A stretch of DNA of 64,000 nt from the human T2T-CHM13v2.0 reference genome, Homo sapiens: the NCBI RefSeq assembly GCF_009914755.1, contig NC_060940.1. The stretch is one strand, 5' to 3'. The position numbers and the translations under genes are program-made. Below are positions 36,768 through 50,726 of this stretch, piece after piece; position 1 is the stretch's first letter; each line of letters begins with the position of its first letter. The notes under the pieces were generated by a model. It saw only the letters and a list, made by a program, of their open reading frames with translations, searched no databases and was not told the DNA's origin.

Positions 36768-37670
36768 TCCCTGGAATTTGACCCAGCCAAGTCTCTGGGA
36801 GATGTTTCCTGGTTACTAGCTGTATTATTTAAAAACCACAAGAATAAAAACTCTTTAAAATTGTTTCTTTCCTTCCTTATATGAAGTTCTTAAATAGCTG
36901 TCATGAAATAGCCTAGAAGGAAGGGATTCATTTGCAATAAAATCGATAGGGACAGAATGGAGGATGAAGAATTTTTTGGGGGGGCGGGGGGGGCAGAAAT
37001 TAGAGTAAAAGGCAATGAAGAGGGAAAAGGTGAAAAAGAAAGACTAAAACATCATTAATGAGAATTCTGTGACTAGGATTAGTAAAGAAGATGCTGTATT
37101 TGATAACACAAGTGTTAATGGCGCATTCTTAGTGAAAACCAGGGTTCACACACTCCATGTGTCAATCACTGTGACATCTTGGATTAGACTCTGGGTCTCA
37201 ATGAGCCTTGGTTACTTGATTATAAACAAAAATAATTCATGTAAGTGCATCTCATTAGTTTCAGTGAGCTAAAGGACATAAAAGGATAAATCATAAAATG
37301 ATGACGAAATAACAATTAAAGCAATGTTCTTTTAGGGGGTTGTCTATTTGTTACGTTTTTCTCATGTGAACAGTAATCACGGTAGATTGACCCAAGACCA
37401 ATCAAACAATCTATGCCCCATCTACCTGGCCATGAACTGCTAAGTAATTTGTCTACTAATTTACTCTACAGTCTCCTACATAAATGACCTAAGAAATTCA
37501 GAGTACAGTGAAGATAACAAAAGTATTTGCTAAAGTCATTATCCTACAGCCATATTCATCATTATACACATTTAATTGTGAACAATTTTGAGTAGTACAC
37601 TATAGTCCTCAATCCTTCCATCTGTAGAGTTGATGAGGCAAGGAAAACTCATAGAAATTTGGTTGCACAA

Positions 37671-38418
<748 letters not shown>

Positions 38419-38486
38419 GCCAACTGTGGTTTCTTTCAAAATTTTTCAGGTTTGTATGGTTCAACTTTTGCTTAAACAATGCCATG

Positions 38487-38822
<336 letters not shown>

Positions 38823-38993
38823 CTAAGTGACTTATCATGACAAGCATTTACTAATAAATCTGCAGGTAGTTTGTGCTTGGGTGCCAGTCTTCTCCCTGTG
38901 TTTCTAATTCCAATACTTAGGCTGCAAAAACAGAATGTGTTTAGTGTGCACTCTTCCCGTGGAAGAAGGCAGATATGAAAGAAGCAAGTCAAA

Positions 38994-39058
38994 ACACAGA
39001 CACACACAGACACACACAGACACACACACACACAGACGCACACACACACACACACACA
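38994..39058. repeat. (CA)n microsatellite with GA interruptions
   Basis: acacagacacacacagacacacacag…acacacac. Confidence 0.95.
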
Positions 39059-39259
39059 TTTAAAAATCTCCTCCTCGATGTGGCATATGTTATGCTCAAT
39101 CACATTCCATTGGCCAAAGCAGATCATATGTCCGAGTCCAACTCTTTTAAGGTAAGAAATGTATGTCTGCCATGGAGAAGGGAAGGAAATAGGCAAATCC
39201 TCTTGACTGGGAAGTAGCTGCTGTAAGTCAGAGAGTTTCAAGAACTGAACCCAACACTT

Positions 39260-39480
39260 GGGTTTTTCTTACGCAAATGAATCCTAATTTTGACAATGTT
39301 ATCTCTTCATAGCTGAGTGTCTATCACTCAGCAAGTCACTTCACCATTTTTTAATTCTGTGTTTTCATCTATAACATGGTAATGATAGTAGTGAGAATCA
39401 ATGCATGGGGTGAAGAAATATAATTCAACTCAGTTGCTTAGTACCTGGCACTTATTTTAGCATTTTTTGATAAATCATAA
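39260..39480 (+). mobile_element. MIR
   Basis: gcaagtcacttcacc…gttttcatctataacatgg…gtacctggcac. Confidence 0.65.
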
Positions 39481-39529
39481 TGATGTAGAATCTTAACACT
39501 TTTGTCAGTTAAAACCTTTGAAGCCTATA

Positions 39530-40075
39530 TGCATTGAGATTCTTGGATATGACCAACAGAAAGCAAAGTCAAGCCTAAGCAAGAAAGCTAGTTTATTGAC
39601 TCCTATAACTGGGAAGATTGTAGGTGTATATGCACTCAGCAGATGCAAAGATATCATCCTCATCCTCTTCTCATTCTTTTTTGCCACCCTCTCTCCCCTC
39701 TCACATCTTTTCTTCCCTTTTGTTGTTCTCTGTGTCCCTACTTTTAGTTACCTAACAGACTGATTCTTTTCTGCTTCATGTATAGCATCTTCCTATAGCT
39801 GGAAAGATGGTTGTTGCCAGCAACAAACCCATATCCTCAAATTTATGACATAGGAGGAAAAAAACAACAACCTTGTATTCCCATATCTGTTCCTAATTTC
39901 ATGGAAAAACTGCTTGAGTCAGGTATTCACCATTTGTACCCATCTCTGTCAACAGACAAATCATGCAAGACAATGTGCATGCAAGAAAAAGCATACAAGA
40001 GTCTCTGAAGAACCACACAGAGTGGGCAGGTGTAGCTCTCAATGGACCAGGACAGACACAAACAGATATTTTCTG
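39530..40075 (-). mobile_element. MLT1 (K/L-like) LTR
   Basis: gattcttggatatgaccaacagaaagc…gtttattgactcctataactgggaag…ggaaagatggttgttgccagc. Confidence 0.65.
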
Positions 40076-41599
40076 AAAGTACTTAGATATATAGTGGTCA
40101 TTACAACACTGTACTCATTATGCCAATAGGAATTTTTACTAGTGGAGCAATAACTGTCCACCTCTCCTACACTAAACAGTTAATATAAGCCTCCACTCCA
40201 AATCCCTAGATATCTCAGGTTTGCATTCCATCACCACAAAGTCAGAAGAAGCCTGATATACATGACCGCTACAGAGGATCCGTTCTTAAGACTAATAGAA
40301 TATTACTTTGGTCTTTTTCTTTCCCTGTGCTCTGACCACCACGGGAACTGCAGAAACTTAACGATTATAATTTTTTATACACATTAAAAAATTAAAAGCA
40401 AAGTAAGCGAGGTTACAGTGCAAGTGTTATGGTGAGGAAGTTATTTTTTAAATGCATCAGTGACTCCTACCCAGTGGGACCTTAATAAATGTTTAATAAT
40501 GACTATATTTGTTTACTTTCTATAATTGCTTCTGCCATTAAAATGCACTTCTGCTTTCTGGAGGAAAATGACAAGCGATGCCTTGTTGTGAGCATGTAAA
40601 GAAGGTTAAGATATGGAAACGGTATGCCACTAAGATGGGTGCAAGGGACATTATTCTGGCCAGAATAAAATAGCTCAGAGATTTTTACTTCTAAATTCCT
40701 GGTTTAATCACACATACTTTGTATATGTAGGGATTTCAGGATTTAGGGCCATTTTATTCACGTTGTTCCCAGTTCTGTGGTTTTTTGATAATCAGTAAAC
40801 AGATCAATTCACCAAGCATTTTCAAAGTGCCTGAGTGAACAAATAAAAATGTCAGATGATGTAGATACTGCAGAGATAAAAATAGTGAGAGTTCCTGATT
40901 TGTTGGGAGGGAAAGATTTTTGCAAAATTAAATATAAAGCAGGTTATAAAATGTTTTGATGTGAGTGATTTGCATATGTGTGTATTGGTTTTATAAAGGC
41001 TCCCATTCATACAATATACAGAAACCATATTTTTGTAGACTCACGAACAAACATTCATTCAGGTTACTTAATGTCCTATTCCATATTTAATTACTTGCTG
41101 AGAACAACAAATTCCAATGCAATGTGTTAAATAATCTATTAAATTCCTCATCTAAAAATATCCAACGTTCTATTGTACTTCTGTGCTAACGTGCACAAAC
41201 AAGTAACCAGCTTCTTTTTTTTTTTCTTGTTCTTATTTTTTTAACAGCCATGTAACTGACATTCTGAAAAATAACAAGTACTAGAAATTCTAAATGGTCA
41301 GAGAGACAAGGAAAAATGAAGAGATCTTTCACACCTTATCAAGTATTAGCTACTACTGCCTATACTTTTTTTTCACTAATCATAGATGTGTGATGTACTA
41401 TTCTGTTTTATTTATATCATTGCACTCCCCGGAGTAACACACATGTGGTATATATTATTCTCCAGTGTTTCTGGTAATTAAACTTTCTCAGATACTAGAA
41501 TGTGGAAGACCTGAAACCAGAGCTGGTCTTCCAATCCCTGCATCCCATGTGTTTGAAGTGTTTGAAAAACCCTAAATTGTTCTATATATCTGATCACAC

Positions 41600-41910
41600 C
41601 AGCTGTGCATGGAGATATCTGAGGCAAGAATGACAGACAGCAGCTGGCATCAGGAGCCTTATCATGTCATAATGTGAGCATAGGGTAAACAATTGAAGAT
41701 TTAAGCATTGATGTGGTTCGGTGTGTGTCTTAGAAATATCACCCTGATGTTTAGACCGTGGGCACCATGGCTTAGACAGAGAGGAGGAAGAATAGGAAGG
41801 TCAGTAAGGAGGCATTTTTCAAAATCACGGACAAGAATATAGATGGAGAAGGCAGAAGATTAAAAAGTATGAAGGAGGTAAACACTATTGGACTTATTAA
41901 ACAGCTGAGT
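41600..41910 (-). mobile_element. L2 fragment
   Basis: attgaagatttaagcattga…ttagaaatatcaccctga…ctattggacttatta. Confidence 0.55.
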
Positions 41911-42309
41911 ACGGGACTTAGGATTCAGGCATAATGGAAAAACAATCATATCAATATACCTTGTTGGTAACAATACCTGTAAGCTCTCCTGCATCATTTT
42001 CTTGTCCTATCCCTTGTCAGGAATTCTTAAAGGTAGTTTTATCTGTGAGAAAGCATATTTATGCAGAAATAAGGACAAGCCACTAAAACCAGTGTAGGTG
42101 AGAAGCCAGGCTGCCATCATTCTCCTTATTAGCAAAATATGGGACATGCTCATAGGTTTTTAAAATAGATAGGGAAGTTCCTGCCTTCTTGTTCAAAAAA
42201 TATTTTATTTTTGGCCTGAATAGATCTGCTAATTCATATTTGGGGGTGTGGAAATTACCTGTATATTATACTTGTAGTAAAAAAACAAAGAACACACCAA
42301 AAAAACCTT

Positions 42310-42560
42310 AATTTTCAGTACTAGTAATGATCTTTATAGCTAAATTTTATGTGGCAGAACTGTTGTGTTACTTTACATAGATTAACCTATTTAATCCTTG
42401 CAACACTTCTTGGAGGTAAGTACTATTACTAGCATTATTATGATGGATAAGATCAACTTATTTTACATAAAAAATCTTGCATCAAGAAGCTGCTTGTTAA
42501 GGAAAAATTTATCATTGTGAACTTAGACCTAAGGTCTGACTCCAAATTAGTCCACTAACC
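42310..42560 (-). mobile_element. MIR
   Basis: tttacatagattaacctatttaatccttgcaacac…gaggtaagtactatt…aggtctgactccaaa. Confidence 0.7.
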
Positions 42561-43338
42561 TTAGGACACAAGAGGACAGAGGGAACACAAAGTGAGGAAA
42601 AGTAGGCATGAATTTTGTTTCTGCTTCAAACTTTCAATATTACACAATTGGAACCTTGGGTTTTTGATATGAGAAATGAAAAAAATTATACAAAATACTT
42701 TTTAAAATCTTTTTTTTTTTAAAGGTTCTATGGTTTAATAGAACTATATTTGTTAGAACAGGCCGGTCATTTGTGAAACTCTTTATGTCAGCATCCATTT
42801 CACACTATCCTAGTTATGACTCTGTCTCTCTGAGCCAAAATTGAAATAGGACCCTTCTCAACACAGAGATTTAGCAGCCATTACTAACTAGAGTTGCCAC
42901 CTAAGATGAAACTTACATTCCATCCAAGTGATACAATATCTATCGTATTGCAAAAGAAACAAACACCTTTCCACAAAGGCATATCCCTCATGTAAATCTA
43001 AAACAATAAATGTTTCTGCAAACTCTTAAAGAGGACAGCATGCTAAGCCATGAAGCAGTGCTCAGAAAATTGAGTAATTTCTGCAATTCTCTCTTTAGAT
43101 GTAAGTATCGCAACACCCTTTGTCCTGACTTTGTTAACAGATAAAGACCTGAGAAAATTCTGAGCTGAGAAAATCTCATTCAGAGACTGAAGAATTATTT
43201 TTAGTATCTGGAAGGATTAATAATAATGTTATCTAGGCAGTAGGTGTTAAATTAAAAAGAAAGCTGGTATATGAGTGTGTTAATGGGTCAACAGACAGAC
43301 TTCAAGATCCACCACCTGGTGCATCCAAGCCCGCTGTT

Positions 43339-43376
43339 TCTCACATAGGCCCGAAAGTCTCACATAGGCCCGAAAG
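43339..43376. repeat. Perfect 19-bp tandem duplication (tctcacataggcccgaaag)x2
   Basis: Two identical adjacent copies at 43339-43357 and 43358-43376. Confidence 0.97.
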
Positions 43377-44319
43377 AAGGATCACACCCTCATTTTGTCT
43401 CTGAACTCAGAAGAGGTAGCTTGGGGCATGAAAAGAGCCTAGAAATAGAAGGCAGATTAATACAGTTGTGTATGGTGGTTGTGCTATTTGTTACTAGTTC
43501 TTGGGACTACAGACAGGTGCTTTCCAACTAACTAATAAAGTAAATGAGCTGATCTCTTGAGGAAGAAGCTAAGCATGACTCTCTGACTCATTAAAATTTA
43601 GATCTCTGGCTCTCTGGGCAAGATGACATGATCATTGCCTGGTTGAGAGGAATAACTTATGCCAAAGGCAGAGTGTGTCCATCCAAAAAGGTAAAAGGAA
43701 GTGATCTGTCAATGAGACCTAGAAAATGTGAGCTAGAGAGACACAGGCTGGCAGCATCTGTAGACATATGCAAGAGGAGGAACCTTAATTGGCCATTTCT
43801 CTTTTAAGATGTGGGGGGTCAGAGCAGCAATTCTATATTTCAAGGGGCTTCATCAAATGCATTCAGATAACATCTTCCAAGGAAATGGAAATGTCCCTAA
43901 ATCCCCAAACAATCTTCTTTTTCTTTTTTTTTCAAAAGTCCAGAGTTGTACATTTCAAAGTAGAAACTTTAAAACCAAAATATCTAATCACGAATAAAAG
44001 GCTATAGCTTAGCTCTTGAAGAATTGCCCTGACTGGGTTGTTCTAGCAGTAAGAACAAATTCTTTTCATCAATACTCTTGTCTAAAAGCCAACGTTTTAT
44101 GCTGAGAAGGGCAAGAGCGCTTTGAATCTCAGGGGAAACTTTCCTGACTTTAATTTTTAATTAAATCTTTTCTTGCCAGCAATAATATAGTTTAGGAAAA
44201 GGTCATCCACAAAAATCATGATTTTAAGTAGAGTCAAGAGAATGAGGATGGGGAATGTTTAACCTCTTCTTTAATACCCTGTAATACTTTTAGAGAGTGA
44301 GGCAATGTTTAGTTGAAAG

Positions 44320-44560
44320 ACATCAACATTTATTGAGTACCTACTCTGTCCCAAATATTGTGTCCTGTGTTTAATAGAATTAATCATTTATTATCATCTC
44401 AAAACCTCCATGAGGGAGCTCCTAGTTTTGCCTGGTTTTCCAGGTGAGTGACCTATATTTGGATAGGATTAAGTAATGTATAGACCTAAAAAGAGGAAGG
44501 CCTAGGAGTTACACTTCTGGCTTAGGAATTCAGTGCCTGCTTCCTCAGGCATAATCTTTC
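44320..44560 (-). mobile_element. MIR
   Basis: aacatttattgagtacctactctgtcccaaat…atctcaaaacctccatgagg. Confidence 0.7.
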
Positions 44561-44896
44561 CCAGTAAAGGAACTAACTAAAGAAATTTAGAAAAAGCACA
44601 ATGCAAACACTTAATAATGTGTACACCTAGAATCTGACATAAATTTAATTCCATAAACAATTTCCTATGAAATGTTACAAACATCCTTGCCCTTCTTTTT
44701 AAGTAGGAAACTATAATGCATTGGATTAATGTAATTCTTATTTTATTAATATTTGATATGTGCCTTTCTTCAGGAAACTTACTGTTTTGAGGATGTATAA
44801 GTGTATAATGTTTGTTTCCAAAAGAAGAGGGTCTGACACTCCTCCTTAAATGCCAATTCAAATTTACCGTGGAGAAGAAAGATTATATATTCATGA

Positions 44897-45047
44897 TTTC
44901 TTTCTTTCTCTTTCTTTGGTTCTTTCTTTCTTCCTTCCTTCCTTCCTTCCTTTCCTTCCTTCCTTCCTTTCTCTTTCTTCCTTTCTTTTTCTTTCTTTCT
45001 TTCTTTCTTTCTTGCTTTCTTTCTTTCTTCTTTCTTTTCCTTCCTTT
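44897..45047. repeat. (CTTT)n/(CCTT)n simple repeat
   Basis: 150-bp pyrimidine tract. Confidence 0.95.
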
Positions 45048-45769
45048 TACTGCTAATAGTAGTGTTATTAGTTAACAAGATAACACTATTAAATTATTTG
45101 TTTTGATTTGGAATATAATAAAATCTCATTTATTCTTTCAAAATGCAGAGAAACTTCACACTACTATGGATGCCACTTTTAAGTTTCTAAGTATATGGCA
45201 ACCAATCATGCATTTATAAGGGAAATTATTTTTCTCTGGGGCAGAACTGCATAGCACTCTAGAAACATATAAATGAAATTCCAAAAAAAAATTAAAATAC
45301 TTATGGAAATTAGAAAAAAGGGCTGCATCATCATCATGTGCTTGTAGTGGTTTTGGAGCACTCAGTCACCTGGTAAACACTTACAATATTAATAAGATTC
45401 TCATTGTCCCTACTCCAACAGGGTACTCTATGTATACTGCTTGTATAAAACAAGCAGAATCACAATTATCCTTAGGAAGTGGGGTAGCAATGCCTGAAAT
45501 TCCTACAGCACTTTCTTATTTTTAAGAGTTTACTGTTTCATTAGTCTTCACAAAAATCACAGGAAGGGTCATAATTGTCCTTCTCTAGAGAGTGAAACAG
45601 AGGCCCAGGGACTTACATTGACTACCTAGTTTGATGCTGATAGTGACTTACAATACTCTCAGCTTCTGACACGAAGCCTAATGCCACAACTTCATACCAA
45701 AACTCCCCACAAAGGGCATCAGCATTTTAATTCCTTTACCTAGTACTGGACCATAGTTCTATATATCAC

Positions 45770-46250
45770 TTATTCATTTACTAAGCAAAGGAGTCAGTGT
45801 CTACTAGTTGTTTAGAACAGTGCTGGGTACTGGGAATACTATATTGAGCAAAAACTGTCAGAGTTTCAAGGTGCAGGGGAGTAGTAAGCAATACAACCGC
45901 AAAAGTAAATGTATGGAAACTGACTATAATAGAAAGACGTTCGGGTAAGAAGCTGACCAAAGGTTCATGGAAGACATTTCTAATGAACAAAGAAGAAAGA
46001 ACAATTTAGTGAGTATCTGAAGAGCGAGCAGGCATAAACATGTGTCTACAGCGTGGATGATTCAGTGTGTGTTAGGTCAAAGGCACAGTAGTGCAAAGGC
46101 CCTGTCATGTAAATAATACCAGCAAGGATGGAGAAGCAGGTGGAGTTTTTCAGATTGTAACTAAGCCTTTAGGCCATCAAGGTTTAGCATGCTTCTAAAA
46201 TCAGTGGGAAGAAACCCAAAGGTTTTTCCATCTTGGACAGAGAGATAGTG
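45770..46250 (-). mobile_element. L2 3' end
   Basis: tattcatttactaagcaaa…cagtgctgggtactgggaata…gtgcaaaggccctg. Confidence 0.65.
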
Positions 46251-46598
46251 ATGTGACTACATGGCAGCTGGCAATCTCAAGAAAACTCTACCTAGTTGGG
46301 ATCCTCTGAAGTTAGCGAACGGTATCTCCACGACATTCTCAACTAAAATTTGCACTGTGAAATTAAACATCCCTAAATCAAATATCATGACCTTTTTTAA
46401 AAAACGTAGAAATCTTTTTTTGTTTGTTGCCATTTCTAACTAAAGAACATCTACTCTTCTTCTGGGTTGAAGGGATGACAATAACCTGGCTGCAAAAATT
46501 GAAGTGGTGATCGGCAATTCTTAAATCATTTTTAACTGAACAAACCTAACTATTTTCTTCTTCCTCCTTCTTCACTTTATCTTCCTTTTTTTGATTGC

Positions 46599-46787
46599 TA
46601 AAATATTTAATATTTAAAATATTTGATATTTAAAATATTTAATTCTTAAAATATTTAATATTTAAAACATTTAATTCTTAAAACATTTAATATTTAAAAT
46701 ATTTAATTCTTAAAATATTTAATATTTAAAATATTTAATTCTTAAAATATTTAATATTTAAAATATTTAATTCTTAAAATGTTAATT
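46599..46787. repeat. AT-rich minisatellite: 11 x 16-bp units forming a 32-bp higher-order repeat
   Basis: Units taaaatatttaatatt (A) and taaaatatttaattct (B), in order A A' B A B' A'' B A B A B plus a partial unit. Confidence 0.95.
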
Positions 46788-47065
46788 ATGTTGGGATTAT
46801 AGAAAACTGACAAAGCATATTATCAATTTTATAATTTCATAATATATTTCTATGCAAGTGCATGGAAACATATTGGACCAATATTTTAAGATGACAGAGC
46901 ATGATTTAGACTCTCAGAGCTTGCTTACTATTATAATCATCATTTTTGCTAATTACAGATACAATAACAATAATTCATGTGTATGCTTTAAAAATTGTGG
47001 AAGTCTCTTTGAATATAATATAGATTCTAATGAAGCAATATTCTTCACCATTATTAGAATCTATT

Positions 47066-48136
47066 CTTTCTTTCTTTATTTCAGTAGGTTTCTGGGGAAC
47101 GGGTAGTGTTTGATTACGTGAATAAGTTCTTTAGTGTTGATTTGTGAGATTTGGTTGCACCCATCACCCAAGCAGTGTACACTGCACTCAATGTGTAGTC
47201 TTTTATCCCTCACCCCCTCCCACCTTTTCCCTTGAGTCCCCAAAGTCTGCTGTATCATTCTTATGCCTTTGCGTTCTCATAGCTCAGCTCCCACTTAGAA
47301 ATGAGGGCATACTACCTTTGGCTTTTCATTCCTGAATTACTTCACTAAGAATAATGGTCTTCGATTCCATCCAGGTTGCTGCAAATGCCGTTATTTCATC
47401 CCCTTGATGGCTGAGCAGTATTCCATGATATACATACGTATTGATTGATTGATGGGCATTTGGGCTGGTTCCATATTTTTGCAATTGCTAATTGTGCTGC
47501 TATAAACATGTGTGTGCAAGTATTTTTTTCATATAATGACTTATTTTCCTCTGGATATATACCCAGGAGTCTGGATCTGGATCAAATGGTAGATATACTT
47601 TTAGTTCTTTAAGGAGTCTCCACACTGTTTTCCATAGTGGTTGTTCTAGTTTACATTCCCATCAACAGTGTAAAAGTGTTCTCTTTTCGCCACGTCTACA
47701 CCAAAGTCTTTTTTTTTTTTTTTATGGCCATTCTTGCAGGAGTAAGGTAGTATCACATTATGGTTTTGATTTGCAGTTCCCTGATAATTAGTGTTGTTGG
47801 GCATTTTTTCATATATTTGTTGGACATTTGTATATCTTTTTTTGAGATTTGTCTATTTGTGTCCTTAATCCACTTTTTGATGGGATTTTTTGTTTTGTTC
47901 TTGCTGATTTGTTTGAGTTCCCCGTAGATTCTAGATATTAGTCTTTTGTAGGATGTATAGATCGCGAAGATGTCCCCCCACTCTGTGGGTTGTCTGTTTA
48001 CGCTGCTGATTATTTCTTTTGTTGTGCAGAAACTTTTTAGTTTAATTAAGTTCTATCTATTTATCTTTGTTTTTGTTGCATTTGCTTTTGGGTTCTTGGT
48101 CATGAAGTTCTTGCCTAAGCCAATGTCTAGAAGGTT
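47066..48136 (-). mobile_element. L1PB (L1PB1-like) 3' ~1.07 kb
   Basis: tttatttcagtaggtttctggggaacggg…gcacccatcacccaagcagtgtacactgcac…cttgcctaagccaatgtctagaagg. Confidence 0.92.
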
Positions 48137-48417
48137 ATCCCAGCACTTTGGGAAGCTGAAGCGGGAGGATCACTTGATGCCAGGAGTTTGAGACCAGCCT
48201 GGCCAATATGGCAAAACCCTGTCTCTACTAAAAATGCAAAAATTAGCCAGGCATGGTGGTACATGTCTGTAATCCTAGTCACTCAGGAGGCTGAGGCAGG
48301 AGAATCGCTTGAACCTGGGAAATGCTTGAGCCCAGGGGTTGGAGGTTGCAGTGAGCTGAGATTGCACCACTGTACCCCAGACTGGGCAACAGAGCAAGAC
48401 ACTGTCTCAAAAAAAAA
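48137..48417 (+). mobile_element. 5'-truncated Alu (old S/J-like) fused to L1PB, with an internal duplication in the right arm
   Basis: Begins at atcccagcactttggg; contains gcttgaacctgggaaatgcttgagcccagggg. Confidence 0.93.
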
Positions 48418-49089
48418 TGAAGACCTCTTTTTTTTTTTTAACAAGAACATAATTTCATGGTATAAAAAGGTTAGAGTAAGGCCACAGTATTTATAATCAA
48501 CCCCTAAATATTAGGAGTCTAAAAGATTGCACATAATTTCAAGAGTGGAGATAATTGGAGAAAATCTTGAGTCTTAGCCTTTTATTGTATAGTCAAGGAA
48601 AGTGAGGGTCAGGAATTGAGTTATCAGAATTCACAGAGTAAGTGAGAGTCAGAGAAATGATTTCTCTGGCTGCCTTAGCATTTTCCATTCCTAGAGAGAC
48701 GTGAGTAAATTTCCAGGGAACTAATCTCCCCTCTTCATTCTGCACGATATGCAACCAAGATTGTATGGCACCTTCAGATAACAAAGAGCAACAGCTCTCA
48801 GAAGACTGGCAAATATCCATTTCAGAAGCAGTGGGAAAATTAAATGCAGGAGACACACACACATTTATGTATTTTCCATATCAGAAAATGACCTTGTTAA
48901 CTGTCATCTTCCCATTGAGGCATCTCCTTCAGTACAACATATATTAAATTTATGGATACAAGGTATAAATACAGTCACCAACCATTCATTCCGCCAGCAT
49001 GTATTAATCATTTGTGTGTATCATGCCAAAATTCAATTAAAATCAATTCATTTTTACAAGGATTTGAAAGGAAGCAAGAGAAAAGAACA

Positions 49090-49290
49090 TCCGATGCAAT
49101 ATTGAATCATGGTTTCAGTACTTACTGACTGTAATGTTAAGTGAAACATATAACCCCCTGAGTCTCAGTTTCCTCATCAGTAAAAGGAGGAGGACTAATT
49201 ATAATGACCTTGCTTTGTGCAGGAAAGAGTAAATGAAGTCATGCGATGCCCAATGCCTGGCACATAAGAGCTTAATAAATGTTTCCTAAA
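49090..49290 (+). mobile_element. MIR
   Basis: ctgagtctcagtttcctcatcagtaaaagg…tgcctggcacataagagcttaataaatgtt. Confidence 0.8.
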
Positions 49291-50201
49291 AAAATAAAAA
49301 AATAAATATTTTCTAATGCATGAGTAACTGAAATAAATACTCTTTTTCCTTTTAATGATTATAGCTGTTTCTGAACAGATACTTTGCTTATTTCTCTACT
49401 TGGAAACCTGTGCAAACCGGAATCCATCTATTCCTGTGGTAAAGCAAATGATTCCATCACTATAAAATAGCCCCTGGAGACTATGAAGTGGAGTGGAAAG
49501 GCTGGGCTAGGTTTTGCCAGGTGTTAGAACACCATCCCAAACAGGGAGGAGACCACAATGACCTGCCTTTCTCAGGCACCGGGAGACTGCTAGAATGATT
49601 ATGTTTTCATAACAAAATGGAATTGGCTAGAAGCCTTTTTCCCTCTGTTCCTGCTGCACGGTGATTTGGCCCATTAGTGAATTGCCAATTGGCTTTCCAG
49701 TGGCCTGGGACTGTTCTGTGAACCCAGAGCTCCACTCAGCTGGGGAAGATGTGCTGTTTAATTACATTAGTCTTGACTGCCAATGACAGAATGACAGAAT
49801 CCATGAGCTGCTGGGAGAACCATTTGTGTGTCCTATCTCGTTGACCGTATGGCACTTGCCATTTGTGTCAGTTTCTGGCTGGAGTCTGAGAAATGCCTTA
49901 CAGTACCCATCTTTGAAATGGAGGAGATGATCACACTTGACTACTGAGCTTGCTGTTTGAGGAATTATATACTCTCTTTGTACTTTGAAAAATGAAGAAT
50001 TTTACTGCATTGTGGTACACACATCCATATCCACAAATATAAGTGCCCTATGTACTTTACAATATGCTGGGCTTTTAAAAATCTACTGGTTGGTATAATG
50101 AAGAAGACATAGGGTCCAGAATAAGCTGGATTTGGCATTGATTCTAAACTCAAATTCTTATCAACCCCATGACTTTGAGCAAATTATTTCATCTCTCTGA
50201 G

Positions 50202-50332
50202 CAGGGCCAGGACTAAGGTGGTGTTAAGGAAGCATCTAGGGTGCAAAATTTAAAGAGACAAGCAGGACCCTATAGTATCCTCAACTTTTGTATACAGAGC
50301 ATCTTGTTTGCCTCACCCTCATGCTGCCCATG
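50202..50332. mobile_element. Palindromic hAT MITE (MER91-like) inserted into a MIR
   Basis: TIRs cagggccaggactaaggtg…caccctcatgctgcccatg with inner gtgcaaaa/ttttgtat. Degenerate 8-bp TSD tctctgag/tgtctggg; MIR core resumes as cctcag. Confidence 0.75.
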
Positions 50333-50416
50333 TGTCTGGGCCTCAGAATCATAGGAACAGAGACATTTAAAGCACCTACTGCACAACATAGCGCAGCCAC
50401 TTAGTAAATGCTGAGG

Positions 50417-50726
<310 letters not shown>

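Noticed and set aside
41212-41250. Strong polypyrimidine tract plus AG as an exon start
   Set aside because: There is no convincing nearby donor or reading frame, and it may simply be a T-rich tract.
46599-46787. CRISPR-like array
   Set aside because: The units are contiguous with no unique spacers, and the context is eukaryotic.
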